The position numbers and the translations under genes are program-made. A DNA stretch of 64,000 nucleotides from Eukaryota sp. GEM-RC1 (Eukaryota). The DNA lies in the NCBI GenBank assembly GCA_040285855.1, contig JAUFOQ010000006.1, positions 558,001 to 622,000 of the forward strand. The letters are read 5' to 3'. A model generated the notes under the pieces. That model did no database searches. It had not been told where the DNA came from and saw nothing but the letters and a program-made list of their open reading frames with translations. Shown one piece after another: positions 48,690 through 61,640 of this stretch (its first letter is position 1; the number at the start of each line of letters is the position of its first letter).

Positions 48690-49643
48690 TTAATCCTGAT
48701 GGTCTGTCATTGAATCTGGAAAGGCAGATGAAGACCTTCCAAGAATTCCACTGACAAAGTCAATAATCCAGGATCCGACAATGATTCTACAAAAGCCCAG
48801 TAAACATGCAGTCATTCCAGCATCAACACATGTTGTAAACGGAACCTTGATAGCATTGAAAGCCACTCGTACGACTAACTTTGGTTTTGAACCAAATATT
48901 TTAAAAATGTGATAGAAATAATGGCGCTGAGGCATTCCAATCATGTTGGTCACGAAATTTGTCTTAGTTAAGCCAGGACGAACACAAACAACATCAATGT
49001 TGTTTTTCCTCGCCTCCCAGTAAAATCCTTTAGAAAAACCATCCAGCAAGGATTTAGAAGCGCTATATGTACAGCCCTTGGGTAAGGTTACTTGAGAGCA
49101 GATTGAACTAACGAATATGAACAATCCCTCGCCACGATTTTGGTCAAGAAGTCTCTTGTAGAAATGCTTAGTCAGTTGTAATGAGGAAAGAACATGAGTA
49201 ACTAATAGAGAATAGTCATCGTAAAATGATGTGTTATGGAAAGAACCATATAAAAGATAACCAGCATTGTTGACAACAATACGTATGTCCAGATGAGAAC
49301 ACCGAGAAATGATGAGAGATGCTCCACTTGAAGGATTAACGAACTTTGACAGATCGCAAACAATAACTTCGATCGAAATCTGGGCATTGAGATGTTTCAG
49401 TCTTGCAGCCGCTTCTTGTAAGCCAGAGCGATCACGCCCTACTATAACAAGATTATATCCAGCAGAGGCTAGTTCATAAGCAAATTGGAATCCAATGCCA
49501 GAAGATGCACCAGTCACCAAAGCATATGATCCGGGAGCAATATTAAGAGTCGGACGTCGTAAGTGAATATAGACATGGACACATAGATAGCAAAGAAGCC
49601 GGAAGAATATAAATAAAATGACTAGAAGAAAGGGCCAAAGCAT
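48690..49643 (-). CDS. Short-chain dehydrogenase/reductase (3-ketoacyl-CoA reductase/17beta-HSD12-like)
   Basis: N-terminal TM, ALVTGASSGIG, VNNAG, catalytic S...YSASK. Confidence 0.9.
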   Translation of the reverse strand: MLWPFLLVILFIFFRLLCYLCVHVYIHLRRPTLNIAPGSYALVTGASSGIGFQFAYELASAGYNLVIVGRDRSGLQEAAARLKHLNAQISIEVIVCDLSKFVNPSSGASLIISRCSHLDIRIVVNNAGYLLYGSFHNTSFYDDYSLLVTHVLSSLQLTKHFYKRLLDQNRGEGLFIFVSSICSQVTLPKGCTYSASKSLLDGFSKGFYWEARKNNIDVVCVRPGLTKTNFVTNMIGMPQRHYFYHIFKIFGSKPKLVVRVAFNAIKVPFTTCVDAGMTACLLGFCRIIVGSWIIDFVSGILGRSSSAFPDSMTDHQD

Positions 49644-50407
49644 GTCCTTAACAAAAATTGAAATTGAGTAGATCCAATTTGGATTAACATTTAATCAGAC
49701 CATTTAATTAACACAAAGTTGTATCAGAACTGTGGTACTGTTGACCAGGAATTTTCTGTGTCTCAGTGTTTCATAGCTTATATTATGATATGTATTTTTG
49801 TGCCCTTCACGAGTGTTTTAAAGCAAAAATGGATGTTTTGATTGATAAACTGTTTAATCAGACCTGATGTCATTGTTAACATATGAATATTGTAGTTGAT
49901 TGTCGGACGGAGAATTTAAATAAGTCAATTTCACACTGTCATAATTGGACTTTCTGTAACAATTTGAAACTGTCAATTGGTGTCCCAGTTTGTGTCATTA
50001 ATTACGACAAATCCATATGACTGTGGGGTTGCTGGTCAATTTCATTCGATTCCTATTGTTTCATTGAAGATTTCATTTCTTGTCACTATAAAAATCCTTG
50101 ATTTGAAAGAAAGAATATAGTGGTCAGTTGTCATGTCGTGACTGGAAATTGATCTCAATATATACTAATGGTAATTATTGCCGGATAACCCAAAAATAAT
50201 TACCATTGTGACCTGAATTATGTACGAAAACAGAAGACGTGCTGGATATGTAACCATTAAGCTGAGTGAGGGGAAAGCTCTAAAAGGATCTGTGATGTCT
50301 TGGCTGCCAGCAAATGATGCGCTGGCATCTGCCACGTCACCAGTTGTACATGCCACATCACTAACTGGTTAGATGGAAAGAATTACATTCAACCACATTT
50401 TCTCCAA

Positions 50408-51363
50408 ATGCCACAAGATTACTATGATCTTCTAGGAGTTTCTCGTTCTGCTACTGACAAAGAAATATCAAAAGCTTATCGTAAACTTGCTCTTAAATAC
50501 CATCCAGACAAAAATCCAAACAATCCTGAGGCCGAAGACAAATTCAAACAAATAGCTAACGCCTATGACGTTCTCAGTAATCCAGAAAGACGTAGAATCT
50601 ACGATCAATTTGGTGAAGAAGGCCTAAAGGGAGGTGTCCATGATTCTTCAACAGGAACACCTTTCTCTGGTTATTCTTTCAACCCAGACTCTGCCTGGGA
50701 CATCTTTGAACAATTCTTTGGTGGTCGATCCCCTTTCTCAAGCTTCTTTTCTGATGATACTTCCCCTTTCTCGGCCTTTTGGCACTGGTGGATTCCATCA
50801 CATGGGAGGCTTTGGCCAGCAAAAGCCTGCAGACGTCATCCACGAAGTCCAAGTAGATCTAGCCGACCTCCTCTACGGACGTAACAAAACGGTCAAAATC
50901 TCTAATCTATCACGTTTCCGAAGCGATGGAACCATGTATACTGAAGACAAAACCTTTAGAGTTGAAGTTCGTCCAGGATATAAGGATGGTACTAAGATTA
51001 GATACAAGGGCGAAGGTCCTCAACAATTAAACACCCCGCCCTCAGACATTGTCTTTATAGTCAGAGTGAAAGCTCATCCTAATTTTGATAGGGACGGTGA
51101 CAATCTCTTGACTACTGTGCATATACCTCTCTCAACTGCTTTGTGTGGTGGTGTGATGAATGTACCAACATTAGACGGGAGGGTTCTACATCAGTCAATT
51201 AATGAGATCACTGAACCTGGAGCAGAGAGATTGTTGAAAGGGGGAAGGTATGCCTAATCCTAGAACTGGAATTAGGGGTTCTTTGGTAGTCAAGATTGCT
51301 GTTGATTTTCCAAAGTATCTTTCGGATCATCAAAAAGCATCGTTAAAGTCGATTTTAGGTTGA
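50408..51363 (+). CDS. Class B DnaJ/Hsp40 (Sis1/DNAJB-like), two homopolymer indels
   Basis: J domain with HPD, G/F region, C-terminal [24 protein letters not shown]; extra T near 50780 and extra G near 51243. Confidence 0.92.
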
Positions 51364-52339
51364 GTTGTTGCGATATATGAGTAATTGGTATCGTTCTTAC
51401 TTGTGTTAATGTACAGTTTAAAGGTGACGTCATTAGAAGTAATCACTAGTGACAGTTTGCAGTTGTAGTATGTTCATTTTTTTGGGAGTTTGACATTCTG
51501 TTTTTTTTATCGGAGAGTCCTTTAGTTTATTTAAAAATGTTTTAGACTATAAATTATCTCAAAAAGATGAATTAGTTACATGTTCTGGGTAGTGGTTAAC
51601 AATTTTTAAAAAATTACCAAATTCACAATTGTTACCAATCATGTTTTTGATTTTGATCTATTAGAATGTACTTGCGTTCTTTTGGAGATTCTTCTGTTTG
51701 TTTCAGCCGGATATAGAAAAACTATGATTTTGTCTTTCAGAGTCATAAAGGAAGTGTTGTGGTGGTTCAGGTCCAATATGATATGAATAATGTCCACTAT
51801 TTTACAATATAGATCATTTTAATGTGTAACAATCTGTTAATGTAATTTATGCTCTAAACTATTTTATGTACTCGCAATTGTTCTAAGCAGATTCAAAACA
51901 AAACAGTAATTATTTGAATGTATTGATAACAGCGCAAATCAAACATGTTAGTCGAGTTCAAGTAGGGGATGCGCTTCTTAACTTTGAAGTACTGTTCAAG
52001 CATGATCCTTGCTCATTGAATCAGTAGAAATTCTATATTGTGGTAGCAACATTGGCAGTTAATTTTCAGTTAATTTTTTTTTGACAGTCATGGTCGCACA
52101 TTGACATCAAATCATCACTATAATAACTTTCATCTCAAGAGTTTCCGATGGTCTATCTTTTGAATCGTAAATCCTTTCCACACGAGATTTCTTATATATT
52201 TCGATTTTTCGACGAAAACTTTAAATAAGGATGGAAGCTCCCTGCCTTCTTTATTATTACTTGCCATGTTTCGTTCAGTTAGTATTATTAGAGATTTTTG
52301 TAACGGTTACTTACTGTGATGGAAATCAAGAATTTAGAC

Positions 52340-52540
52340 ATTATGGAAATTTCAGTTCTTTCACTAAAGAATTTCTTGTTTTGTATGCACAATTGTGTTC
52401 AGAATTCGGTAAGAAGTTTAACAGGTCGTAATGGAAGACTGATGTTTAAATCAATGTACATATGTATTGATTCCATTTGGACCAAGTTGTTTGGTGTTAA
52501 CTACTTAGAATTGGGTAGTTTGTTAGACAATTTGTTTTAA
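52340..52540 (+). pseudogene. 3' remnant of REL non-LTR element
   Basis: Homologous to 27660-27880. Confidence 0.55.
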
Positions 52541-53464
52541 TAGTCTTTAGTTATATGTTTTTGCCACAACCCAACATATCTAAAATCGAATTAACATATC
52601 TGTACATGGAACGGAACAGTGCAAACGTTAACGTACCCAACCAAAAATTTTGATTGAAAAATATACATACATTGTTGCTATTAATTAACAAAGATCATCA
52701 CTATTACAGGATTATAGAAATATAATATTGTTGTGGTTGTTACAACTAATTATGACACTGAATTTATATATTCTCAAACTACTGAAGGGTTTAAAACACT
52801 TTCCAATATTGCACTTCCACTAAATCACAATCGTGGTTCATCAAATCAATGGTGGATTCTATTCTCGAGGTCCTTTCTTTTCCAAGATTGATGACCTTTT
52901 GATTGATGACGTGATGGCAATCAGATCCCCAGAAAGTGGGGAATTTTGAAAAAAAAATTAAAAAGACTCAACAATTATTCAAATATCTTTTAATATTTTA
53001 ATGCGCTCCTTCTCACTTAACCCTGCTCTGGTTATTACGTGGGTCTTCATTAGTCTCCCAGTACTAGACCTTCAGTACCCTTCTTCAGCCCTGGAAGTGA
53101 TGTGCTCTCCCATCACTGACTCCGCTTGGAATATCTGCTGTTGTTGTGGTACAGATAACAAAAGATATGTCCACGTCAATCATTAACTTTCATTATTCAC
53201 TCTTGTTTACAGTGTATCTGGTTTAAATATATATAATCATATGAATCTTATTTTAAACTTTGATTTTGAGAAATTGTTATCTCCAGTGTTTGTAATCGTT
53301 TACGCGTTGCCGACCAGCCAGTTCCTGTATGGCCGACAGTGTTTATCAACTGCTGTGATGTTCTTTACACTACTATGATGTGGTATATCCACACGAACAC
53401 GTGGATTCGAACCCACGTAATCATTAGTTAAATGATAGAGTTGGTCAAGCTTATCGACAAAACA

Positions 53465-53645
53465 TCATTGTGTCTACCACTGATGGTTTTCAGGGAAGAA
53501 AGGCAGATGTGGTGTTCATAAGTACAGTACGTACTTTCAACAAAAAGAAAAAAAGTTCAACGTCTTGGTTTTTTGACTGACCATCGAAGGATGAACGTCA
53601 TGTTGACGAGAGCACGATTCAGCAATGTCATCTTTGGAGATGTAC
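53465..53645 (+). pseudogene. Fragment of Upf1/Sen1-like SF1 helicase C-terminal domain
   Basis: STTDGFQGRKADVVFISTVR and RRMNVMLTRAR (motifs V and VI), frameshifted and isolated. Confidence 0.7.
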
Positions 53646-54298
53646 AACTGCTGACGACAAAGCACCTGTGATCTTGAAGACTCAATGGAGAATCAATCAA
53701 TCTCGAATTATGATCCTTGACTATCGTCAACAAAGTGTAAACTCAAGTATTTGTTTGTTCCTGGGTTATTCAAAGTGACGTAAGACTTGAAGTTGTTCAA
53801 AAATTCTGCACCCGTCTAAAATACAACTACAGAAATTTAACTTTGATTAATGGAACTAAACAGAAGTCAAGTAGTTACAGTGGATATTAAAATAAGAAAA
53901 TTGAAGTAAAATTAGAAAAGTGAGAAATTCTGAGTAGTGAAAATTGCTTCCTCCACTGAATAGAACTACCCAAATATGTGATTGCTTACTTAGTAAACGT
54001 GACCATCACGCGATAATGATACAGGCGACAAGGATCTTGATCATAGAAAACTCCACGACAAAAATGATAGGACCCTCGAAAACCCAAAAAAAAGTTCTGC
54101 TGTAGAATCTAACTACTAGAAACTCTCTTTATATCAGGAATTAAATGTGAGTTCAGACGATCTCGATATTAACAGATTAAAATAACCAAATACATTTCCT
54201 TTCCACAACACAACCACTTCTGAAATGACCGAGCCATTCGCAAATTCCAATAGAAATTTAAAAATTAATTAGACAACTTGGTTAAAATTCCAACCATT

Positions 54299-55495
54299 CT
54301 AATCTTCAGTCAAAGATAATAAATCTGGAAGAAATAAATTCTCCTCAAATAAGCCAACCTTTTCAGTTGACGTCACATCGTAATCAATCACCAAATCCAA
54401 TCCAAGAACCTTCCCAAAATTAAGGATTGATTGACAGTCAGTAAAGTCCCGATCCAAAGTGATTATCCAGAAGGAATCCCAGCCACCAGCACCACTGAAA
54501 CCCGTTAAAAGAAAAGAGGATTGGGAAAACAAATTTAAATTAATTAGGGAGAATAAAAGAAAGATAGGAACGGGAATAATTGGAACTCCAGAACATTGAG
54601 AAAGGTCAAAAGCAGATTTGATCACTCCCCAGCACGATTTCTGACACAATTTAAAATTTTGAACAGAAATTGTTTGAAGAATTGATTTAAAACTCTCTAC
54701 AAACACTTCACACTCCCTGCAATAAACATCAAACTTGTGCTTCACCAACTTAGATCCACTTATTACCTGTAGTAACTTTCGTGAAGAAACTCCGGAGCTC
54801 ATAGACTCGGGAGTAACTACTCTTACTGTAGAAACAGTTAGTGTGGAGGGGAGAACAAAGGGAGAAGGATTGGAGGAGGAGAAAAAAGAAGAACCAAAGA
54901 TAGCAGCGTAAATGTCAAATCCCGATCCTGATCCCGTTTGAGCTCTTTTATGAGCTTCTTGGCAATGGTCAAAGACTTCCTTAGTAAAAGGACATGACTG
55001 GGGTAGACCCATTGCTTTCTGTAAACAACGAAGTACTGAAGCAAAACAAGTAACAGTGATGACGGCGGATGATCCTAGTCCAGTTTTAGGAGAGGATTCA
55101 GGGATGGGTGGGAAGAGAGTGGGAGAGGAACAACCGGAGTGAAAAGGGGAAGTAAGAAAGGTATGTAGAACGAGACGACCTGAGGGAAGAGAAGAGGAAG
55201 AGAGATAACGGAGGACTTCGATCACTGCATTCTCGATGAAGGGGTTGGAGTCAGATGAGCTGGAGAGAGAAAGATCGGAAAGATCTAAGGCAAAGACCCA
55301 TGACATCTTACGTTGGATGAAGTAACAAACCACGGTGAGACTGTTATCATCTGATGGGGCCGGATGGAATACTGCGTTTGTATAGCCTCTGGCATGAGAG
55401 CTTAGGACAATTCCTGTAGAGTTCGGAGTCAGAATGCAATACCCTCCAACAATGAGAACTTTCCCAGGTGCAGAGAAAGTACTGGAGATCGCCAT
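54299..55495 (-). CDS. ERG8: Phosphomevalonate kinase, ERG8/GHMP type
   Basis: SAPGKVLIVGGY, KTGLGSSA, AQ..SGSGFD, GAGGWD. Confidence 0.85.
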   Translation of the reverse strand: MAISSTFSAPGKVLIVGGYCILTPNSTGIVLSSHARGYTNAVFHPAPSDDNSLTVVCYFIQRKMSWVFALDLSDLSLSSSSDSNPFIENAVIEVLRYLSSSSLPSGRLVLHTFLTSPFHSGCSSPTLFPPIPESSPKTGLGSSAVITVTCFASVLRCLQKAMGLPQSCPFTKEVFDHCQEAHKRAQTGSGSGFDIYAAIFGSSFFSSSNPSPFVLPSTLTVSTVRVVTPESMSSGVSSRKLLQVISGSKLVKHKFDVYCRECEVFVESFKSILQTISVQNFKLCQKSCWGVIKSAFDLSQCSGVPIIPVPIFLLFSLINLNLFSQSSFLLTGFSGAGGWDSFWIITLDRDFTDCQSILNFGKVLGLDLVIDYDVTSTEKVGLFEENLFLPDLLSLTED

Positions 55496-55575
55496 TGTGC
55501 ATAAGAGAATTAGCGTTCATCGAATTCGCAGAGGATCGAACAAAATCTTCCTCCATCCTTTCTTAACATATCATC

Positions 55576-55847
55576 ATGGAAGTTGACGCTGTCGTTCAAC
55601 GCTACTCTGCCAAATACTATGACAACAACTACGAGTATCGGTATGACACCCCATCTCCTCTCATTATAGAAATGTTGTGTTAACGAAAGATGCTGCTAAC
55701 CGAGTCCCCAAAGATCGTGTTATGACTGAAGCAGAATGGCGCCGACTCGGAGTTCGACAATCACGAGGATGGGAACACTTCGCTATCCACAAACCGGAAC
55801 CCCACATATTGCTTTTCCGCAGACCTCTGTCAAGCTCTCAACATTAA
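55576..55847 (+). CDS. CKS1: Cyclin-dependent kinase regulatory subunit; 29-nt intron 55641..55669
   Basis: Spliced product [17 protein letters not shown]...[31 protein letters not shown]; absent from the ORF track. Confidence 0.95.
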
Positions 55848-56258
55848 TTGTACCTTACTTTCTTTCTGTGAGTGATTTAGTTAATTCGAAAGCACTACAC
55901 ATGACCAATTTCTTCATTTGTTTCCAATAAATGTGTTTTGTATTTATTCTGGCCATGTTGCATCTGGAAATGTGGTTTGAGAGACTGTTTAGCATATATG
56001 AGTTTTGTCATTCTCAAAGAGCTTGACAATCACAATAAAGAGTGCTTCCTAGATGGACATCAACTGTGAGCGGTTCTGGAATGTCTCAACAAACAATCAC
56101 TGGCTCATCTTTACGATGGTCTTATGAATTTTGAATCACTGAAATTGAAAAAATGAGTTGGATGTGATGTATCTAAATTAAAAACTGTATGTGTAACAAT
56201 TTAGAATTTAGAAGTTTATTCGGTACATACTATTGTACCCAAACAGTTACCGTCCTGA

Positions 56259-57022
56259 CAGGGCCTGATGAAAAATATTTGTATTTAAATATTTGAAATA
56301 AATATAGTTGAAATATTTATTTTCTCCAGAAGACAAGTTCCAATATTTATTTTTCCGTATGTAAAATAAGCAAATATTTTTATACGTGTTTCATGGCTAC
56401 TTTCTGGGTTGTAATACTTACACAGCTGAAGATTCCAACATCCTTCACTCAATCTCATTTGAGACAGGTTTTGTGAAAGTGTTGAAAGGCAGATAAAATG
56501 AGTTAATCGAGGATGAACGACAGTCCTTAGGTAGATTTGAAAGAGAGCCCTGTAATCCTCAATTGAACCAAGTGAACTTCGATATTGTGTCCCAATTGAA
56601 TGAGTCTGCCAACCGTATGTCCATTGCTTCTCGCTACATTAACCTCTCTTTCATTCCCGGGACTCCGAATGAGTGCGAGAGATTGTTCTCTACAGTGCGC
56701 CGAACAATTGGTGAGCATCGCTTTGGTCTCACAACTGGATCGTTGGAAAACAACTTTTCCTTCATTACAACCGGTTCTGGTGGAGCTCCCAAACCGTTAG
56801 AGCTGTAATGAGGAAGATCAACCCTTGTGAAAGTGTCATTGATGTAAGTGATCAGTTATTAGATTAGTTGTTTAATAAAAATAGATGCTTGTCTGTTTTA
56901 AGTTTGAACAAAAAATATTTCAATATTTTTCATATTTATTTATACAAAATAAATATCGTAGCTATTTATTTTTTGAGCAAAAGTTTGGTATATTTTATTT
57001 AAATATTTTTTAGCACCCCCTG
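56259..57022 (+). mobile_element. Degenerate hAT-like element
   Basis: CAGGG...CCCTG termini, imperfect TSD CGTCCTGA/CGTCATGT, remnant FIPGTPNECERLFS. Confidence 0.65.
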
Positions 57023-57064
57023 CGTCATGTATAAATAGGAATTTGTAAAAACAAACAAGTACAT

Positions 57065-58097
57065 TAGGGGTGGGCAAAAGTTAACCCACTAAAGTCAAAC
57101 TAAGCTAGACTAATGACGCACCAAAGTGAAACGGTAAATTCATTAGTTGCACTAACACTAAACTAACAAGCAATTAGTCGGGTGAAAACTAAATTCAGAT
57201 TCCTTTAGTCGGGTGAAAACTAAACTAAATTGAATTTTGGTGCACTAAACCAAAAGTTAGTGTGAATTAACGTACGTTAAACTAACATTGTATAATTTGT
57301 AATTACATGTATGTGTTCAAACAAAAACTTATCCGTCTGTTATTCAAACAACTAATAAGATCACACTAAAATCAATAATCATCTTCAACTACATTGTACA
57401 CTATCGATCATCTATTCGTCCCAATTTCCAATGTCCAACCACAATTTCAAACACAATTGACTTCTAACCGTTGTGTCGGAAGGACAACTTCTCTTAAGCG
57501 ATACTAAGTTACCAGCACTGGCAAAAACACGTGCACATGGTACAGAGGTAGGTTGGATTCAATTTTGAGGGGCTTTTTTGAGAGAAAAGCTATAGGGCTC
57601 ACTGTCAGACTCAACCTCAATGAAACTAGGCTTTTTAGAAGATGGTGAATTCATTGAACTAGTTGTTATGAGGTTAAGAGGATGTAAGACATCCAATTTT
57701 GAAGCTCAAAATTATAAGATTAGTGACTCATCATTACAATGTTGTTGATTTACGAGCTTTATTTATCTTTAGAATTTACTTTTACCTTACCCCTTATAAA
57801 CCTAGGTTCAACTCGAACTCTAATACTAGTGTAGCCCTAGGAAAAGTCAACAGTGTAAAAACAAATTAGTTTAATTTGAGTTAACCCACACTAAATGTCT
57901 TTAGTTGGGTGAAAACTAAATTCTGATTTCCTTAGTCGGGTGAAAACTAAACTAAACTGTCATTAGTTGGGTGAAAACTAAATTCTGATTTCATTAGTCA
58001 CACCAAAGTTAAACCAAAGTATGTGCACCAATTGGTGCACCAAAGTTAACTTTTAGTACCGGGTTAACCTACCAAATTGACTTTATGCCCACCCCTA
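57065..58097 (-). mobile_element. Internally deleted hAT element
   Basis: TIR TAGGGGTGGGCA; 8-bp TSD AAGTACAT; minus-strand remnant PTSVPCARVFASAG...LCLKLW. Confidence 0.92.
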
Positions 58098-58652
58098 AAG
58101 TACATGTATGTAATAGTAAGAATAAATCCACATGACTTCATCCCAAACGTGTCAATGTTGGACACTGGTTTGTCTATCTGGTGTTATGGAGACTAAATTA
58201 GTAGTTTTGAACAAATTTTAACTTTCTTTATACAGTCTGCCCTGTAAATGTCAATTATACAAACTATTAGTCCTTGGAATTCGCAGCCCCAGCAATACAC
58301 CCAGGATCTTTGCCACAATTTCGTGAACAACATGGTGCATTTGAGTGATGTTTCATTGTCAATCAAAATCTACAGAGAAACCACGTACAACCATACAGAA
58401 ACAGCCGATCATGATTTTTAGAAGAACACTACTCGTACATTGTATCTGATATTGGAAAGATTCGATACACACTATAATTAATACTGCACTACACTGTAAT
58501 CTGGTTTGGTAATGAAGCTTCATCAGTTCCAACAAAAGACACCAAGAACACCAAAGCGTATAGTGAATTAGTATAAATATATGTTTTCGATAGAAGACGG
58601 AAATATATTACGATATCACTGAAGAAATGATTCATTTTTTAAGATACCCATG

Positions 58653-60296
58653 TTACTCACGAAATTCAAATGAAGCATCAGAGTCATCCAATTCCACACA
58701 CTTTTCATACCAGTACGTAGCTTGTGATTGGTCCTTTTTGACTCCATGCCCATTTTTGTAACAAAGAGACAAGTTGTACATTGCATCAGAATCACCCAAA
58801 TCGGCAGCCTTCTTATACCAGTACACAGCCTTTGAGTGGTTTTCGCGGACTCCTTCTCCATTGTAGTAACAATCACCGAGATTATTCATAGCATCAGAAT
58901 CACCCAATTTGGCAGCCTTTTTATACCAGTGCACAGCCTTTGAGTGGTCTTCGCGGATTCCTTCTCCATTGTAGTAACAATCACCGAGATTATTCATAGC
59001 ATCAGAATCACCCAAATTGGCAGCGTTTTTATACCAGTGCACAGCCTTTGAGTGGTCTTCGCGGACTCCTTCTCCATTGTAGTAACAATCACCGAGAATA
59101 TTCATAGCATCAGAATCACCCAATTTGGCAGCCTTTTTATACCAGTACACAGCCTTTGAGTGGTCTTCGCGGATTCCTTCTCCATTGTAGTAACAATCAC
59201 CAAGATAAACCATGGCTTTAGCATCACCTCGTCCTGCAGCTTCTTGGTAACCTTCAAAAGCTAATTCATCGTTTCTTTTCTCTATTTGAAGGTCGTTTGC
59301 TAGACAACTGTTCAAATCAAATACTTCAATGTTTCCTTGCATGTCTTTCAACTCATTCAGTACATCATTAATAGAAGGTCTTTCACAAAGATTAACTGAA
59401 AGACATTTGTTAATCAAAGATGAAACTGGCTTAGGAAAATCTCTAGGAAACCTCAATATAAATCCTTTTTGTTTAGCCATAGCTACTTCAACACCTCGCA
59501 TTCCTTCAAAGGCAAGTCTATTAGTAAACAATTCATAAAACAATATTCCAAGACTATACACGTCAAAAGCCGGGCCATAAATCTGCCTGAAAGCTTCAGG
59601 AGCAGTGTACTTGGGAGCAACCTCGAGAGTAGAAGTATAGTAATGCATGGTCCGAGCAGAACCAAAATCAGCAAGTTTGACCTGTGAGTTTACCAAGATA
59701 ACATTTTGGGGCGTGATATCATGGTGGACAATTCCTTTAGAATGCAAGTACTTCACAGCGGAACATATCTCAATAGCTTGAGCAAGGGTGGAGGGAGAAA
59801 GAGATGTTGGAACTTGTAAATGTCCAGTACCCAGCTCCATCAAGATACCAATGTGCTCCGGAAGTCTGGTTATACCAAACACTCGAATGACAAAAGGATG
59901 AGACAGAGAGGCCATACGCGAGACTTCCTGCAAGAGTTTTGCCTCGTTCTGATCAGATGTACAGAAGAGTTTCAAAGCAACACTGGTGTCAGCCCATTTA
60001 CAGAGATAGACAGTTCCGCTGATTCCGCTACCCAATTCAATTTTGATGTTGAAATTGAGGTCTTCAAACGGTATCACGGGTAATACGGCGGGATAGCTAC
60101 CAAGGGCATCAACAGCTTTACGGATAACATAACATGGCGAAATATCAATCATAAAGGCCTTCTGATGACAAATCGGACAATAATGTTTTTGTTTGACCCA
60201 TTGGGTTAAACATGACAGACAAAAACAATGGCCGCAAGGAAGCGTACAAGCTTTGTCAAAGATTGAGGTGCATATTGAACAATCTAAGTGAAGCAT
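58653..60296 (-). CDS. RING finger - TKL-like kinase - Sel1-repeat protein
   Basis: C3HC4 RING CSIC..CGHCFC..C..CPIC; GSGISG, VALK, HHDITPQN, DFG, YTAPE; near-identical 36-aa Sel1 repeats. Confidence 0.88.
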   Translation of the reverse strand: MLHLDCSICTSIFDKACTLPCGHCFCLSCLTQWVKQKHYCPICHQKAFMIDISPCYVIRKAVDALGSYPAVLPVIPFEDLNFNIKIELGSGISGTVYLCKWADTSVALKLFCTSDQNEAKLLQEVSRMASLSHPFVIRVFGITRLPEHIGILMELGTGHLQVPTSLSPSTLAQAIEICSAVKYLHSKGIVHHDITPQNVILVNSQVKLADFGSARTMHYYTSTLEVAPKYTAPEAFRQIYGPAFDVYSLGILFYELFTNRLAFEGMRGVEVAMAKQKGFILRFPRDFPKPVSSLINKCLSVNLCERPSINDVLNELKDMQGNIEVFDLNSCLANDLQIEKRNDELAFEGYQEAAGRGDAKAMVYLGDCYYNGEGIREDHSKAVYWYKKAAKLGDSDAMNILGDCYYNGEGVREDHSKAVHWYKNAANLGDSDAMNNLGDCYYNGEGIREDHSKAVHWYKKAAKLGDSDAMNNLGDCYYNGEGVRENHSKAVYWYKKAADLGDSDAMYNLSLCYKNGHGVKKDQSQATYWYEKCVELDDSDASFEFRE

Positions 60297-60657
60297 TGTT
60301 GCAAGATAATACAACAGTAAATCTGTTGCAAATTAAAAAAACAGTGTTGAACCATGACCGCCATAACTGCCATGCGTGCCTTTTAGGCGCATGGCTTTTT
60401 CTGGTTATGCCCGTGTGGTTATGTCGTGTTATCACCTGTTGCTATTACAACAATGACATTGTTACAACATGTCGTATGATACACATACATGTACAATGTA
60501 TGAAACAACGGGATTTATGATCAATCAGTGAAATAAATGCATTTGCAAAAGTTAATAACTAGCAGACACTAGCTAAAGTATCTAAACTATGATCCTTCTG
60601 CCCATCACCGAACAACTTACCTAAAATTGAATTAAAATATCTGTGCATTGAACGAAA

Positions 60658-60686
60658 CAACCCCAACCCCAACCCTAACCCCAACC
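60658..60686. repeat. Short telomere-like tract (AACCCC/AACCCT)
   Basis: AACCCCAACCCCAACCCTAACCCCAACC. Confidence 0.6.
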
Positions 60687-60841
60687 GGGTTAATAATTAA
60701 ACCGGATTAACGTGGCAATCTTAGTTAAGAACACTACCCATACTGTTTTCTGGCCATCATTGTATTATCTTTGGTCATTGATGACTTGTAAGAAAGTTTA
60801 TGAAAACAGATTTGCAAATACAAACTAAGAATACGTAAATA

Positions 60842-61208
60842 CACTGGTTACAGGAATTAGTCTAAGTAAGACTAATTCATAACCTACACTGGTCACAACA
60901 ATTAGTCTCACTGAGACTAATTTTCATCTAGCGGAATTTGCCTCTAAAATGTCGAAAAGGACGCAAAACATAAATTAGTCTCAGTGAGACTAATTTTGAA
61001 CTGAGACAAATTTTCCACTGAGACTAAATATTGTGACCAGTGTAGTTTCCAAATGGTTTATTCAACAATTATTCTCACTGAGACTAATTCTCATCTGAAG
61101 AAATTTGCCTCCAATAATCCCACACAAGACAAAACATAAAATAGTCTCAGTGAGACTAATTCTGAACTGAAACTAATTTTCCACTGACAGTAAATATTGT
61201 GACCAGTG
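60842..61208. mobile_element. CACTGG-ended MITE with a related copy nested at 60887..61042
   Basis: TA-CACTGGT(T/C)ACA...TGTGACCAGTG-TA termini occur twice; TTAGTCTCAGTGAGACTAA palindromes. Confidence 0.8.
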
Positions 61209-61379
61209 TATATGATCATTTACGTCACATGAACTAACTTCTTTAGATATTCAAAATAATATTATAGCGGCATGCGTATTTTCGCGCCATGCGTCCGAAA
61301 GCCATGACCATAGGCCATCGGCGCATGACATTTGAAAATTCGGTTATAGTATAACACTGAAAAAAACACATTTTAGAAA

Positions 61380-61640
61380 GCGTAAACACTAATCTCTGCA
61401 TTAGGCTCTGTTGAACTTTTTTGTTCTCATTTGTCAAGTTGTAACGGCTACAAAACTTATCGAACTTGTATGTATGATGCCGTAAGAGACCAAATACGTG
61501 CAATGTATACGACCTATAAAATTGAATCTTTTGATGAATCACTTCTCAATTTTTTAGAATTATATAGTTACAATGCCGAAAAACAGAAGTTTTTGGTAGA
61601 TGTTATTGTCCATTCTTCTTCAGACAAATTGTAAATTGTC
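61380..61640 (+). pseudogene. REL non-LTR retrotransposon remnant (CCHC/RHD region)
   Basis: HLSSC...RTCMYDAVRDQI resembles the H....C...RHD.VRD segment preceding REL. Confidence 0.45.

Noticed and set aside
50770..51250. Genome-wide programmed frameshifting or mass pseudogenisation (DnaJ, Pol X, MMS19, GNAT, BTB-Sel1)
   Set aside because: Breaks are mixed +1/-1 events in A, T and G homopolymers with no shared motif, typical of long-read consensus error
53399..53420. tRNA gene around the GTGGGTTCGAATCCAC hairpin (minus strand)
   Set aside because: Only a T-arm-like hairpin; no D arm or anticodon arm could be built
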